Assembly (NCBI GenBank): GCA_963820155.1 | Contig: CAWFYW010000017.1 | Span: 651,020 to 715,019 of the forward strand | Length of the DNA: 64,000 bases | Reading direction: 5' to 3' | Source: an uncultured Alphaproteobacteria bacterium | Lineage (GTDB): Bacteria > Pseudomonadota > Alphaproteobacteria > Reyranellales > Reyranellaceae | In this document: piece after piece, positions 8,938-18,437 of the stretch | How the letters are laid out: the number at the start of each line of letters is the position of its first letter | How positions within the stretch are numbered: the first letter of the stretch is position 1 | Position numbers and translations under genes: made by a program | Notes under the pieces: generated by a model | Told to the model about the DNA's origin: nothing | Databases searched by the model: none | The model's input: the letters and a program-made list of their open reading frames with translations, nothing else

Positions 8938-10231
8938 ATGCTCGAAACATCGCTCAAGACAAAGATCATGGACGAGGTCGATCGGCGCTTCGACGACCAG
9001 ACCAAGGTGCTGGCCGATCTGGTGAAGATCCCCTCGACGCGGTTCCGCGAGGCGCCGGCGCAGGACATGATGGCCCGCCTGTTCAAGGAGGACGGGCTTT
9101 CCGTCGATCGCTGGCAGATCAAGATCGACGATCTGAAGCACCTGCCGGGCTATTCGCCGCATTCGCAGGATTACGACAACGCCTGGAACGTGGTCGGCGC
9201 TTGGCGGCCCAACGGCCCATCCTCGCGCCAAGGGGGCCGCTCGCTGATCCTGAACGGCCATATCGACGTCGTGCCCGAAGGCCCGCACGACATGTGGAGC
9301 CGGCCGCCCTTCGAGCCTGCGATCAAGGACGGCTGGATGTATGGCCGCGGCGCCGGCGACATGAAGGCCGGCCTCATCCTCAACGTCTTCGCCCTGCGGG
9401 CGCTGCAAGGCGCTGGGCTTCCAGCCGGCGGCGGATGTCTACCAGCAGTCGGTGGTCGAGGAGGAATGCACCGGCAACGGCGCGCTCGCCTGCCTGCAGC
9501 GCGGCTACCGCGCCGATGCCGCGCTCATTCCCGAGCCGTCGTCGGGCGTGCTGACCGTGGCCCAGGTCGGCGTCATGTGGTTCCAGGTCAAGGTCACCGG
9601 CCATCCCGTGCATGTCTACAAGGCCGATGCCGGCTCGAACGCCATCGAATCGGCGTTCCGCCTGATCCAGCACCTGCGCGACCTCGAGAAGAAGTGGAAC
9701 GAGAAGAAGACGGACGACGAGCATTTCCACGACCACCATCACCCGGTGAACTTCAATGTCGGCAAGATCGCCGGCGGCGACTGGGCGAGCTCGGTGCCGG
9801 CCTGGTGCACCTTCGACATGCGGGTGGGCGTGCTGCCGTCGCAGAACCTCAAGGAAGCGCGGCAGGAGATCGAGGACCTGATCCGCGCGGCGGCGGCCAA
9901 CGATCCGTTCCTGGGCAACAATCCGCCGACCGTGACCTGGGAAGGCTTCCAGGCCGAGCCCTTCGTGCTCAGGAACCACGAGCAGGTGCGGGTCGTCCTG
10001 GCCGAGGCGCACAAGGCGGTGTTCGGCAGTGCGCTCGAGGACAAGACCTCGACCGGCACGGCCGACAACCGCTTCTTCGGCCTCTATGCCGGCATTCCGG
10101 CGCTGGTCTACGGCCCGCAGTCCGACGACATCCACGGCTTCGACGAGCGCGTGAACCTCGACTCGGTCCGCAAGATCACCCAGGCGACGGCCCTGTTCAT
10201 CGCCGAATGGTGCGGCCTGCAGACGGCTTAG
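8938..10231 (+). CDS. ArgE/DapE family (M20) deacylase, one frameshift near 9406
   Basis: [37 protein letters not shown]. Total span is 3n+1. Confidence 0.85.
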
Positions 10232-10237
10232 AGCCGG

Positions 10238-10260
10238 GGGCGCGCCATTCCAGTGGCGCG
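10238..10260. repeat. REP-like palindrome, family B (single unit)
   Basis: gggcgcgccattccagtggcgcg differs by one base from 35786-35808 and lies between convergent stops. Confidence 0.7.
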
Positions 10261-10289
10261 GCGCGTGGACCGGCGTCGTGAGGCACCGC

Positions 10290-11153
10290 CTACCGCATCC
10301 GGCGCACCGACGCGAACAGGCCGAGCGCCAGGCCGCCCAGCACGACGGCGACGCCGACCAGGCGCAACCCGCCCACGGGCTCGCCGACCAGCCAAGCGGC
10401 GAAGCCCAGCGCCACGCAGGGCACGAGCAGCGAGATCGGTCCGACCTTGGCGGCCGGATAGGTGCGCAGCAGCGTGCCCCAGATCAGGTAGCCCAGCCAC
10501 ATCACCGGCACGACGGTGTAGAAGAGCACGAACCAGCCCTTCCAGGTCGGCGCCAGGATCGGCGTCAGGATGTGGCCCGGTCCCTCGAACAGGAGGCTGG
10601 CCAGGGCGAGCGGCAGCGGCGGCAGCAGGCTCGCCCATGCCGTGACGGCGAACATCGACACGCCGCGCGCGCTGCGGAAGAACAGGTTGCCCGTCGCCCA
10701 GGTGAGCGCCGACATCAGCGCCAGGGCGATGGCCAGCAGGTTCGCGGTGCCTTCCACCGTGCGGGCGATCAACACAACCCCGACGGTGGCGATGGCGAGC
10801 CCCAGCCACTGGCTGCGCGTGGCATGCTCGCGCAGGAAGAGGGCGGCCAGCACCACGGTGAGCGGTCCCTGGAGCTGCACCAGCACCGAGGTCAGTCCCG
10901 GCGGCAGGCCGGCCTGCATGGCGAAGAACAGGAATACGAACTGCCCGCCGAACATGAAGCCGCCAATGCCGGCCAGCGTGCCCCACGAGACGGCCGGCTT
11001 GGGAACGAACAGGACCGGCAGCGCGCTCAGCACGAAGCGCCACGTGGCGAAGGTGAAGGGCGTGAATTCGTCGAGGCCGAATCGGATGACCGTGAAGTTC
11101 AGCCCCCACATCACCACGATCAGCAGCGCGGCGAACGTGTGTAGGGGCGTCAA
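10290..11153 (-). CDS. EamA/DMT family transporter (O-acetylserine/cysteine exporter-like)
   Basis: VVMWGLNFTVIRFGL, GQFVFLFFAM..G, about 10 TM helices. TTG start 5 nt after the leuD stop. Confidence 0.85.
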   Translation of the reverse strand: MTPLHTFAALLIVVMWGLNFTVIRFGLDEFTPFTFATWRFVLSALPVLFVPKPAVSWGTLAGIGGFMFGGQFVFLFFAMQAGLPPGLTSVLVQLQGPLTVVLAALFLREHATRSQWLGLAIATVGVVLIARTVEGTANLLAIALALMSALTWATGNLFFRSARGVSMFAVTAWASLLPPLPLALASLLFEGPGHILTPILAPTWKGWFVLFYTVVPVMWLGYLIWGTLLRTYPAAKVGPISLLVPCVALGFAAWLVGEPVGGLRLVGVAVVLGGLALGLFASVRRMR

Positions 11154-11157
11154 GCGA

Positions 11158-11775
11158 TCACAGCCAAACCCATGGCCGCGCGGTCTTGTCGGCGTTCTGC
11201 CAGGCCGCGATCTCGTCCTTGTGGCTCATCGTCTGGGCGATGTCGTCGAGCCCGTTCAGCAGCGCATGCTGGCGCCGCGCGTCGATCTTGAAGGGAATGA
11301 CCCGCCCGGTCGGCGACACGACCTGGCAATTCTCGAGATCGACGGTCACGCGCGCGTTGCCCGGCGAGGCGCGCATCTCGTCGGCGAGCTGCTCGACCTC
11401 CTCGATCGGCAGCGCCACCGGCAGCAGTCCGTTCTGGAAGCAGTTGTTGTAGAAGATGTCGCCGAAATAGGGCGCGATCACCGTCTTCACGCCCATGCCG
11501 GCCAGCGCCCACACCGCGCCCTCGCGGCTCGAGCCGCAGCCGAAATTCTCGGCCGACAGGATGATGGGCGCGTCACGGTAGGGTTCCTGGTTGAACACGC
11601 AGTCGGGGTTTTCGCTGCCGTCGGGCTTGAAGCGGATCTGCTCGAAGCAATAGGGGCCGAGGCCCTTGCGCCCGGTGTTGTTGACCAGCCGCTCGATCCT
11701 GATGATGAGGTCGGTGTCGACGTTCTGGCGCATCAGCGGTGCCGCCACGCCGGTCACTTTGGTGAACCTGTCCAT
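11158..11775 (-). CDS. leuD: 3-isopropylmalate dehydratase small subunit-like
   Basis: NVDTDLII, NFGCGSSREGAVWAL, FGDIFYNNCFQNGLLP, LLNGLDDI. Confidence 0.85.
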   Translation of the reverse strand: MDRFTKVTGVAAPLMRQNVDTDLIIRIERLVNNTGRKGLGPYCFEQIRFKPDGSENPDCVFNQEPYRDAPIILSAENFGCGSSREGAVWALAGMGVKTVIAPYFGDIFYNNCFQNGLLPVALPIEEVEQLADEMRASPGNARVTVDLENCQVVSPTGRVIPFKIDARRQHALLNGLDDIAQTMSHKDEIAAWQNADKTARPWVWL

Positions 11776-11790
11776 GATGGCCTCCGACAA

Positions 11791-11861
11791 CTGTCACCCC
11801 GAGCGAAGCGAGGGGCCTTTGCGGCCATGGGAAAGGTCCCTCGCTGCGCTCGGGATGACAG
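11791..11861. repeat. REP/MITE-like long palindrome, family A, between leuC and leuD
   Basis: ctgtcaccccgagcgaagcgaggggccttt...aaaggtccctcgctgcgctcgggatgacag. A related copy lies at 31914-31986. Confidence 0.8.
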
Positions 11862-11875
11862 CGGGGTTCTGCATG

Positions 11876-13270
11876 CTAGAGCTTTCTCACGTCGGCGATG
11901 GCACCCTTGATCGCCGCGGCGGCGGCCATGGCCGGGCTGGCGAGATGGGTGCGCGCGCCGGGGCCTTGCCGGCCGACGAAGTTGCGGTTGGAGGTCGACA
12001 CGCTGCGCTGTCCCGGCGGCACACGCTCGCCGTTGGAGGCGATGCACATCGAGCAGCCGGGCTCGCGCCATTCGAAGCCGGCCTCGCGGAACACCTTGTC
12101 GAGCCCCTCGGCCTCGGCCTCGCGCTTGATGCGTTCCGAGCCCGGCACGATCCAGGCCGTCACGTGGTCGGCCTTGTGCCGCCCCTTGGCGATCGCCGCG
12201 GCGGCGCGCAGGTCGGAGATGCGGCTGTTGGTGCAGGAGCCGATGAACACCCAGTCGACCTTGGTGCCCTCGATCGGCTTGCCGGGTTCGAGGCCCTGAT
12301 ACTGCAGCGCGGCCGTCCAGGCCGTGCGCTTCTCCTCCGGGCCGGTGCTCGGGTCGGGAATGGGCTTGTCGACGGCGATCACATGCTCGGGGCTGGTGCC
12401 CCAGGTGATCTGCGGCGCCACCTTGCCCATGTCGATCGTGTGCTCGCGGTCGAACTCGGCGTCGGGATCGGACGGCAGCGTGCGCCAATGGGCGACGGCA
12501 CGATCCCACATCACGCCCTTGGGTGCGAAGTCGCGGCCTTGCAGGAACGCGTAGGTCGCGTCGTCGGGCGCCACCATGCCGGTGCGCGCGCCCATCTCGA
12601 TCGACAGGTTGCAGAGGGTGAGCCGGGCTTCGACGGGCAGGTTCCTGATCGCCGAGCCGGCATATTCGACGGCATGGCCCGTGCCCGCCGCCGTGCCGAC
12701 ATCGCCGATCAGGTGCAGGATCATGTCCTTGGCGGTGACGCCTTCGGGGACCTTGCCCTCGAACTGCACGCGGAAGCGCTTGGGCTTGCGCTGCACCATG
12801 GTCTGGGTGGCCAGCGCATGCACCAGCTCCGAGGAGCCGACGCCGAAGGCCAGCGCGCCCATGCCGCCATGGGTGCAGGTATGGCTGTCGCCGCAGATCA
12901 GGGTCGTGCCGGGCAGGGTGAGCGCCAGCTCCGGCCCCACGACATGCACGATGCCGTTGCCGTCCTGGCCGAGATCGAACAGGCGGATGCCGTATTTTGC
13001 CGTGGCTTCGCGCATGGCGCGGATCAGCGGCTCGCCGGGCGGGAAGGTCTTCTCGGTGCGGCCGGGCGCCGTCGAGATGGCATGGTCGGGCGTGCCGTAG
13101 ACCAGGCGAGGCTGCGCCGGCGGATAGCCCTTCTCGACGGCTTCCTGCAGGGCGCGTGAGCCCGAAAGGTCGTGCAGCAGCAGCCGGTCGATATGCAGCA
13201 GCACGAAGCCGTTGCCGAGATCGGTGATGACGTGGCTGTCCCAGATCTTGTCGAACAGGGTCTTGGCCAT
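11876..13270 (-). CDS. leuC: 3-isopropylmalate dehydratase large subunit-like (divergent aconitase-family paralogue)
   Basis: KTLFDKIWDSH, CGDSHTCTHG, FIGSCTNSRISDL, GCSMCIASN, STSNRNFVGRQG. Confidence 0.85.
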   Translation of the reverse strand: MAKTLFDKIWDSHVITDLGNGFVLLHIDRLLLHDLSGSRALQEAVEKGYPPAQPRLVYGTPDHAISTAPGRTEKTFPPGEPLIRAMREATAKYGIRLFDLGQDGNGIVHVVGPELALTLPGTTLICGDSHTCTHGGMGALAFGVGSSELVHALATQTMVQRKPKRFRVQFEGKVPEGVTAKDMILHLIGDVGTAAGTGHAVEYAGSAIRNLPVEARLTLCNLSIEMGARTGMVAPDDATYAFLQGRDFAPKGVMWDRAVAHWRTLPSDPDAEFDREHTIDMGKVAPQITWGTSPEHVIAVDKPIPDPSTGPEEKRTAWTAALQYQGLEPGKPIEGTKVDWVFIGSCTNSRISDLRAAAAIAKGRHKADHVTAWIVPGSERIKREAEAEGLDKVFREAGFEWREPGCSMCIASNGERVPPGQRSVSTSNRNFVGRQGPGARTHLASPAMAAAAAIKGAIADVRKL

Positions 13271-13344
13271 AAGTTTCCTCCAGTGGCCGAGGATATCAGC
13301 ACCAGTGCAGGCCGGAAGGAAGGCGTTTCTGGAAGAGCGGCTAC

Positions 13345-13358
13345 TTGATTTGCATCAA
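13345..13358. promoter_or_regulatory. FNR/FixK box
   Basis: TTGAT-ttgc-ATCAA is a perfect match to the TTGAT-N4-ATCAA consensus, 90 bp upstream of the hlyD start. Confidence 0.75.
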
Positions 13359-13447
13359 CCCCTTCACCGTCAAAGGCCAATAGATGTTGCTCCACACATC
13401 AAATCACGTCCGAAGCCTCCAATCCGGCTAAGGGAAGCGACGACAGC

Positions 13448-14554
13448 ATGAACGAGCCCCGCGAAGTCGGCTCGGCCAAGAGCGCAGTGGCCGGTACGGA
13501 GCATTCTCCGCCTGTATCCTTGCCTGCTCCGGCGCCTTCGCTGCCGGCCGTCATTCCGCCCCGCCCGGCAAGCACGCGGCGGCGCTGGCTTCGCCTCTCG
13601 GCGCTGCTCGTCCTTGTCGCCTTGGCTGGCGCGGGCGGGGCATATTGGTGGCTGCATCGCGTTCCGCCGCTGCCCGCGGGCATCGCCTACGGCAACGGCC
13701 GCCTCGAGGCCGACCCGATCGATATCGCGACCAAATTCGCCGGCCGCATTCTCGAGCTTCGCGTCGACGAGGGAGACAAGGTCGCAGCCGGTCAGGTCCT
13801 GGCGGTGATGGATACGCGCGATCTCGAAGCCTCGCTCAAGAAGGCACAGGCCCAGGTCGAGCAGGCGAGGAAGGCGATCGCCGAGGCCAATGCCAACGTG
13901 GCGCAGAATCACACGCAGGTCGTGCTCGCCCAGCAGCAGATGGAGCGTGCCCAGACGCTGCTCAAGAACGGCTGGATCACGCGCGAGCTGTTCGACCAGC
14001 GCCAGCAGCAGCTCCAGGGCGCGCAGGCCTCCGAGCTCGCGGCTAAGGCCAGGGTCCGCGCCGCGGAGTCGGTTCTCAACGCCGCCGAGCACGAGGTCGA
14101 GCTCTACAAGGTCAATATCGCCGACAACACGCTGGTCGCGCCGCGCGACGGCCGCATCGAGTATCGCATCTCCAATATCGGCGAGGTCCTGCCCGCCGGC
14201 GGCAAGGTCTTCACCATGCTGGATGTCGGCTATGTCTACATGGACGTCTACCTGCCGACCACGACGGCCGGCCAGGTCAGGGTTGGCAACGACGCCCGCA
14301 TCGTGCTCGACGCCTATCCCAACCGGCCGATCCCGGCGAAGGTCACCTTCATCGCCTCGCAGGCGCAGTTCACGCCCAAGATGGTCGAGACCCAGACCGA
14401 GCGCGACAAGCTGATGTTCCGCATCAGGGTCCGTATCGATCCCGACCGCGCACGCGCCCATGCCGATGCCGTGAAGAGCGGTGTGCCCGGCGTCGCCTAC
14501 GTCAAGTTCGATCCCAAGGTCGCGTGGCCGGAGCGCCTGCAGGGGACGCCATAG
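13448..14554 (+). CDS. yhiI: HlyD-family membrane fusion protein (YhiI-like)
   Basis: N-terminal TM, GNGRLEA, IATKFAGRI, FIASQAQFTPKMVET..ERDKLMFRIRVRI. Confidence 0.85.
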   Translation: MNEPREVGSAKSAVAGTEHSPPVSLPAPAPSLPAVIPPRPASTRRRWLRLSALLVLVALAGAGGAYWWLHRVPPLPAGIAYGNGRLEADPIDIATKFAGRILELRVDEGDKVAAGQVLAVMDTRDLEASLKKAQAQVEQARKAIAEANANVAQNHTQVVLAQQQMERAQTLLKNGWITRELFDQRQQQLQGAQASELAAKARVRAAESVLNAAEHEVELYKVNIADNTLVAPRDGRIEYRISNIGEVLPAGGKVFTMLDVGYVYMDVYLPTTTAGQVRVGNDARIVLDAYPNRPIPAKVTFIASQAQFTPKMVETQTERDKLMFRIRVRIDPDRARAHADAVKSGVPGVAYVKFDPKVAWPERLQGTP

Positions 14555-14556
14555 CG

Positions 14557-17307
14557 ATGGCCGATCCCGACGCGCCGGTCGTCCGCCTCGAAGGCTTGCG
14601 TCATCGCTATCGCGGCATCACTGCTCTCGACGGCATCACACTCGACATTCCCGCCGGCCGCATCATCGGGTTGATCGGCCCGGACGGCGTGGGCAAGTCG
14701 TCGCTGCTGGGCATCGTCGCCGGCGCCAAGCGGATCCAGGCGGGCAGGGTCGAGGTGCTGGGCGGCGACATGGCCGATGCGCGTCATCGCGGGGCGATCT
14801 GCCCGCGCATCGCCTACATGCCGCAAGGTCTGGGCAAGAATCTCTATCCCGAGCTCAGCGTGCGGGAGAACATCGACTTCTTCGGTCGCCTGTTCGGTCA
14901 GGGCCGTGCCGAACGCAACACTCGCATCGTCGAATTGCTGGAAAGCACGGGCTTGGCCGATTTCGGCGACCGGCTCGCCAAGCAACTCTCGGGCGGCATG
15001 CGCCAGAAGCTCGGCCTGTGCTGCGCCCTGATTCACGACCCCGACCTGCTGATCCTCGATGAACCCACGACCGGCGTCGATCCTTTGTCGCGACGCCAGT
15101 TCTGGCAGCTCATCGACCGCATGCGCGCGCGCCGGCAGGGCATGAGCATCGTCGTGGCGACCGCCTACATGGAGGAGGCGGAGCGCTTCGATGGCCTGAT
15201 CGCCATGGATGCCGGCCAGATCCTGGCGGTCGGGCCGCCGGCCGAGTTGAAGGCGAGGACGGGAGCCAAGACGGTGGAGGACGCCTTCATCCGATTGCTG
15301 CCCGACGCGCTGAAGCACGGCCACCATGATCTGGAAATCCCGCCGCGGGGCAAGTTCGACCATGAACGGGTGATCGTCGCGCGCGACCTCACCCGCCGCT
15401 TCGGGGACTTCACCGCGGTCGACCATGTCGACTTCGACATCGAACGCGGTGAGATCTTCGGCTTCCTGGGCTCCAACGGCTGCGGCAAGACCACGACCAT
15501 GAAGATGCTGACCGGCTTGCTGCCGGCCAGCGAAGGCACGGCAGCGCTGTTCGGCCGTCCGATCGATGCCTCCGACATGGCCTCGCGTGCGCGTGTCGGC
15601 TACATGTCGCAGTCCTTCTCGCTCTATGCCGAGCTGACGGTCCGTCAGAACCTCGACCTGCATGCGCGCCTGTTCCATCTGCCGGCCGACCAGGCCAGGC
15701 GCCGCATCGAAGACCTGATCCGCCGCTTCGGCCTCGCCGAGCATGTCGGCCAATTGGCTTCCGCGGTGCCGTTGGGCATTCGCCAGCGGCTGTCGCTTGC
15801 CGTGGCCATCGTGCACCAGCCCGATCTGCTCATTCTCGACGAGCCGACCTCGGGCGTCGATCCGATCGCCCGCGATGCCTTCTGGGAATTGCTGATCGAT
15901 CTTTCACGCAATCAGGGCGTCACGATCTTCGTTTCCACGCACTTCATGAACGAGGCGTCGCGCTGCGACAGGATCTCGCTGATGGATGCGGGCCGAGTCC
16001 TGGCCACCGGCGCACCCGAGGCCCTCGTGCGGCAGCGCGGCGCCGCGACTCTCGAGGACGCCTTCGTCGACTACCTCGAGGAGGCGGCACAAGGCCGGGC
16101 CGCCGTTTCGCCCGGCGGTGCCCTGACGATCGAGCACGCGCCGGCCCCCGTCGCGGGTGCGGCGGCGATGTCGCCTCTCTTCAGCCTGCGCCGGATGCTG
16201 GCCTACACCGTCCGGGAATCGCTGGAGCTGATCCGCGATCCGATCCGCCTCGCCTTTGCGCTGGGCGGGACGGCCTTTCTCATGCTGGTCTTCGGCTTCG
16301 GCATCACGACCGATGTCAATTCGCTCACCTTCGCCGCCCTCGATCGGGACAATACCTACGAGAGCCGTGCCTACCTCCAGGAGCTGCGCGGCTCGTCCTA
16401 TTTCGTCGAGCAGCGGCCGCTCAAGGATGCCGCCGACCTGCAGGACCGCCTCAAGCGAGGCGAGGTCACGGCAACCATCGAGATTCCTCCGGGATTCGGG
16501 CGGGACATCAAGCGCGGTCGGCCGACGGAGGTCGGTGTCTGGATCGACGGCGCCATGCCCTTTCGCGCCGAGACCATCCGCGGCTATCTGCAGGGCGTCC
16601 ATCAGCAATATCTCGCCGATCCGGCCATCCGCGGCCACGACGCGGCCACGGACGACGGCGCCCTGGCCGCCGTCGTGGTCAGGTTCCGCTACAATCAGGA
16701 TTTCGACAGCATCTACGCCATGGTGCCGGCCCAGCTCGCGCTGCAGCTTGCGCTCATCCCGGCGATCCTCATGGCGCTCGCCATCGTGCGCGAGAAGGAG
16801 CTGGGCTCGATCGTCAATCTCTATGTGACGCCGGTCACCCGGCTCGAATTCCTGCTCGGCAAGCAGATTCCCTACATCGCGGTGGCGATGGTCAACTTCT
16901 TCATGATGTTCCTGATGGCGCTGTTCGTCTTTCATGTGCCGTTGAAGGGCAGCTTCCCGCTTCTGGCGCTGGGGGCGCTGATCTACGTCACGACGACGAC
17001 CGCCTACGGCAGGGTGATCTCGACCTTCACCGGAACCCAGATCGCCGCCCTGTTCGGGACCGCCATCCTCACGGTGCTGCCGGCGACCATGTTCGCCGGA
17101 ATGCTGGTCCCGGTCTCGTCGATCACCGGCTTCGGCGCGGTTCTCGGGCGACTGTTTCCGATGACCTATTTCCTCCCGCTGAGCGTCGGCACCTTCACCA
17201 AGGGGCTGGGTTTCGCCGATCTTTCCGGCCAGTTGCTGGCCCTTACGGCCTTCGTGCCGGCGCTCACTCTGCTCAGCCTCGTCCTGCTGCGCGGCCAGGA
17301 GAAGTGA
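14557..17307 (+). CDS. rbbA: Ribosome-associated ATPase / ABC transporter fusion (two NBDs plus permease)
   Basis: GPDGVGKS, LSGGMRQKLGLCCALIHDP, GSNGCGKT, DGAMPFRAETIRGY, REKELGSI. Confidence 0.9.
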   Translation: MADPDAPVVRLEGLRHRYRGITALDGITLDIPAGRIIGLIGPDGVGKSSLLGIVAGAKRIQAGRVEVLGGDMADARHRGAICPRIAYMPQGLGKNLYPELSVRENIDFFGRLFGQGRAERNTRIVELLESTGLADFGDRLAKQLSGGMRQKLGLCCALIHDPDLLILDEPTTGVDPLSRRQFWQLIDRMRARRQGMSIVVATAYMEEAERFDGLIAMDAGQILAVGPPAELKARTGAKTVEDAFIRLLPDALKHGHHDLEIPPRGKFDHERVIVARDLTRRFGDFTAVDHVDFDIERGEIFGFLGSNGCGKTTTMKMLTGLLPASEGTAALFGRPIDASDMASRARVGYMSQSFSLYAELTVRQNLDLHARLFHLPADQARRRIEDLIRRFGLAEHVGQLASAVPLGIRQRLSLAVAIVHQPDLLILDEPTSGVDPIARDAFWELLIDLSRNQGVTIFVSTHFMNEASRCDRISLMDAGRVLATGAPEALVRQRGAATLEDAFVDYLEEAAQGRAAVSPGGALTIEHAPAPVAGAAAMSPLFSLRRMLAYTVRESLELIRDPIRLAFALGGTAFLMLVFGFGITTDVNSLTFAALDRDNTYESRAYLQELRGSSYFVEQRPLKDAADLQDRLKRGEVTATIEIPPGFGRDIKRGRPTEVGVWIDGAMPFRAETIRGYLQGVHQQYLADPAIRGHDAATDDGALAAVVVRFRYNQDFDSIYAMVPAQLALQLALIPAILMALAIVREKELGSIVNLYVTPVTRLEFLLGKQIPYIAVAMVNFFMMFLMALFVFHVPLKGSFPLLALGALIYVTTTTAYGRVISTFTGTQIAALFGTAILTVLPATMFAGMLVPVSSITGFGAVLGRLFPMTYFLPLSVGTFTKGLGFADLSGQLLALTAFVPALTLLSLVLLRGQEK

Positions 17308-18437
17308 GCGGCATGCGCACAGTCTCCACCATCTTCTGGCTGGCCACCAAGGAGCTGCGCAGCTTCTTTCGCGACTGGGTGCTGCTCGGCCTCGTCGTCT
17401 ATTCCTTTTCGCTGGCCATCATCGCGCAGGCGCAGGGCAACGCGCAGGAGCTGCACAACGCCTCGATCGCCATCGTCGACGAGGATCATTCCGAGCTGTC
17501 GCGACGCATCGCGCGGGCGTTCCTGCCGCCCTATTTCAAGCCGGCGGAACCGGTCGAGCAGCGCGACGTCGACCATCTGATGAACACCGGCAAGTTCACC
17601 TTCATCGTCGACATCCCGCCGCATTTCCAACGCGACGTCGTGAACGGCCGCAAGCCGGCGGTCCAGCTCGCCGTCGACGCGACGGCCATGGTTCAGGCCG
17701 GCATCGGGTCGGGCTATGCGCAGCAGATCATCCAGACCGAGGTCAACGACTTCGTCTCCCGCGCCGGCGGGCCGCATGCCCCGCCGGTCAATCTCGCGAT
17801 CCGCATCGCCTTCAACCCCAACGTCACCACGGCCTGGTTCAGCAGCGTCATGGGCATCATCAACAGCGTCACCATGCTGGCCATCATCCTGGCCGGAGCC
17901 GCCGTCGTGCGCGAGCGCGAGCACGGTACGATGGATCATCTCCTCGCCATGCCGATCAGCCCGTTCGAGATCGCCCTGTCGAAGATCCTGGCAAACGGGC
18001 TGGTCATCACCGTGGCGGTGGGGCTGTCGCTCTATCTCGTGGTGCGCCAGCTTCTGGGCATTCCCATCGCCGGATCGGTGCCGCTCTTCATGGTAGGCGT
18101 CATGCTCTATCTCTTCTTCGCGACCTCCGTCGGGGTGTTCCTGGCGACCATCGCGCGCACCATGCCGCAACTGGGCTTGATCTTCATGCTGGTCGCCATT
18201 CCCCTGAACATGCTTTCCGGTGCGAACACGCCGCTCGAAAGCATGCCGCCGTTGTTGCGCACGATCATGCAGGCGTCGCCGACAACCCATTTCGTTTCCT
18301 TTGCCCAGGCGATCCTCTATCGCGGCGCGGGCTTCGATGTCGTGTGGCCGCAATACCTCGCCGTCGCCGCGATCGGCGGCTTGTTCCTGGGATTGGGCCT
18401 GCTGCGCTTCCGCAGCGTGGCGACCCAGACGTCCTAG
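17304..18437 (+). CDS. yhhJ: ABC-2 type permease
   Basis: KELRSFFRD, FNPN, REREHGTMDHLLAMP, TPLESMP. GTGA overlap with the rbbA stop. Confidence 0.85.
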   Translation: MSGMRTVSTIFWLATKELRSFFRDWVLLGLVVYSFSLAIIAQAQGNAQELHNASIAIVDEDHSELSRRIARAFLPPYFKPAEPVEQRDVDHLMNTGKFTFIVDIPPHFQRDVVNGRKPAVQLAVDATAMVQAGIGSGYAQQIIQTEVNDFVSRAGGPHAPPVNLAIRIAFNPNVTTAWFSSVMGIINSVTMLAIILAGAAVVREREHGTMDHLLAMPISPFEIALSKILANGLVITVAVGLSLYLVVRQLLGIPIAGSVPLFMVGVMLYLFFATSVGVFLATIARTMPQLGLIFMLVAIPLNMLSGANTPLESMPPLLRTIMQASPTTHFVSFAQAILYRGAGFDVVWPQYLAVAAIGGLFLGLGLLRFRSVATQTS

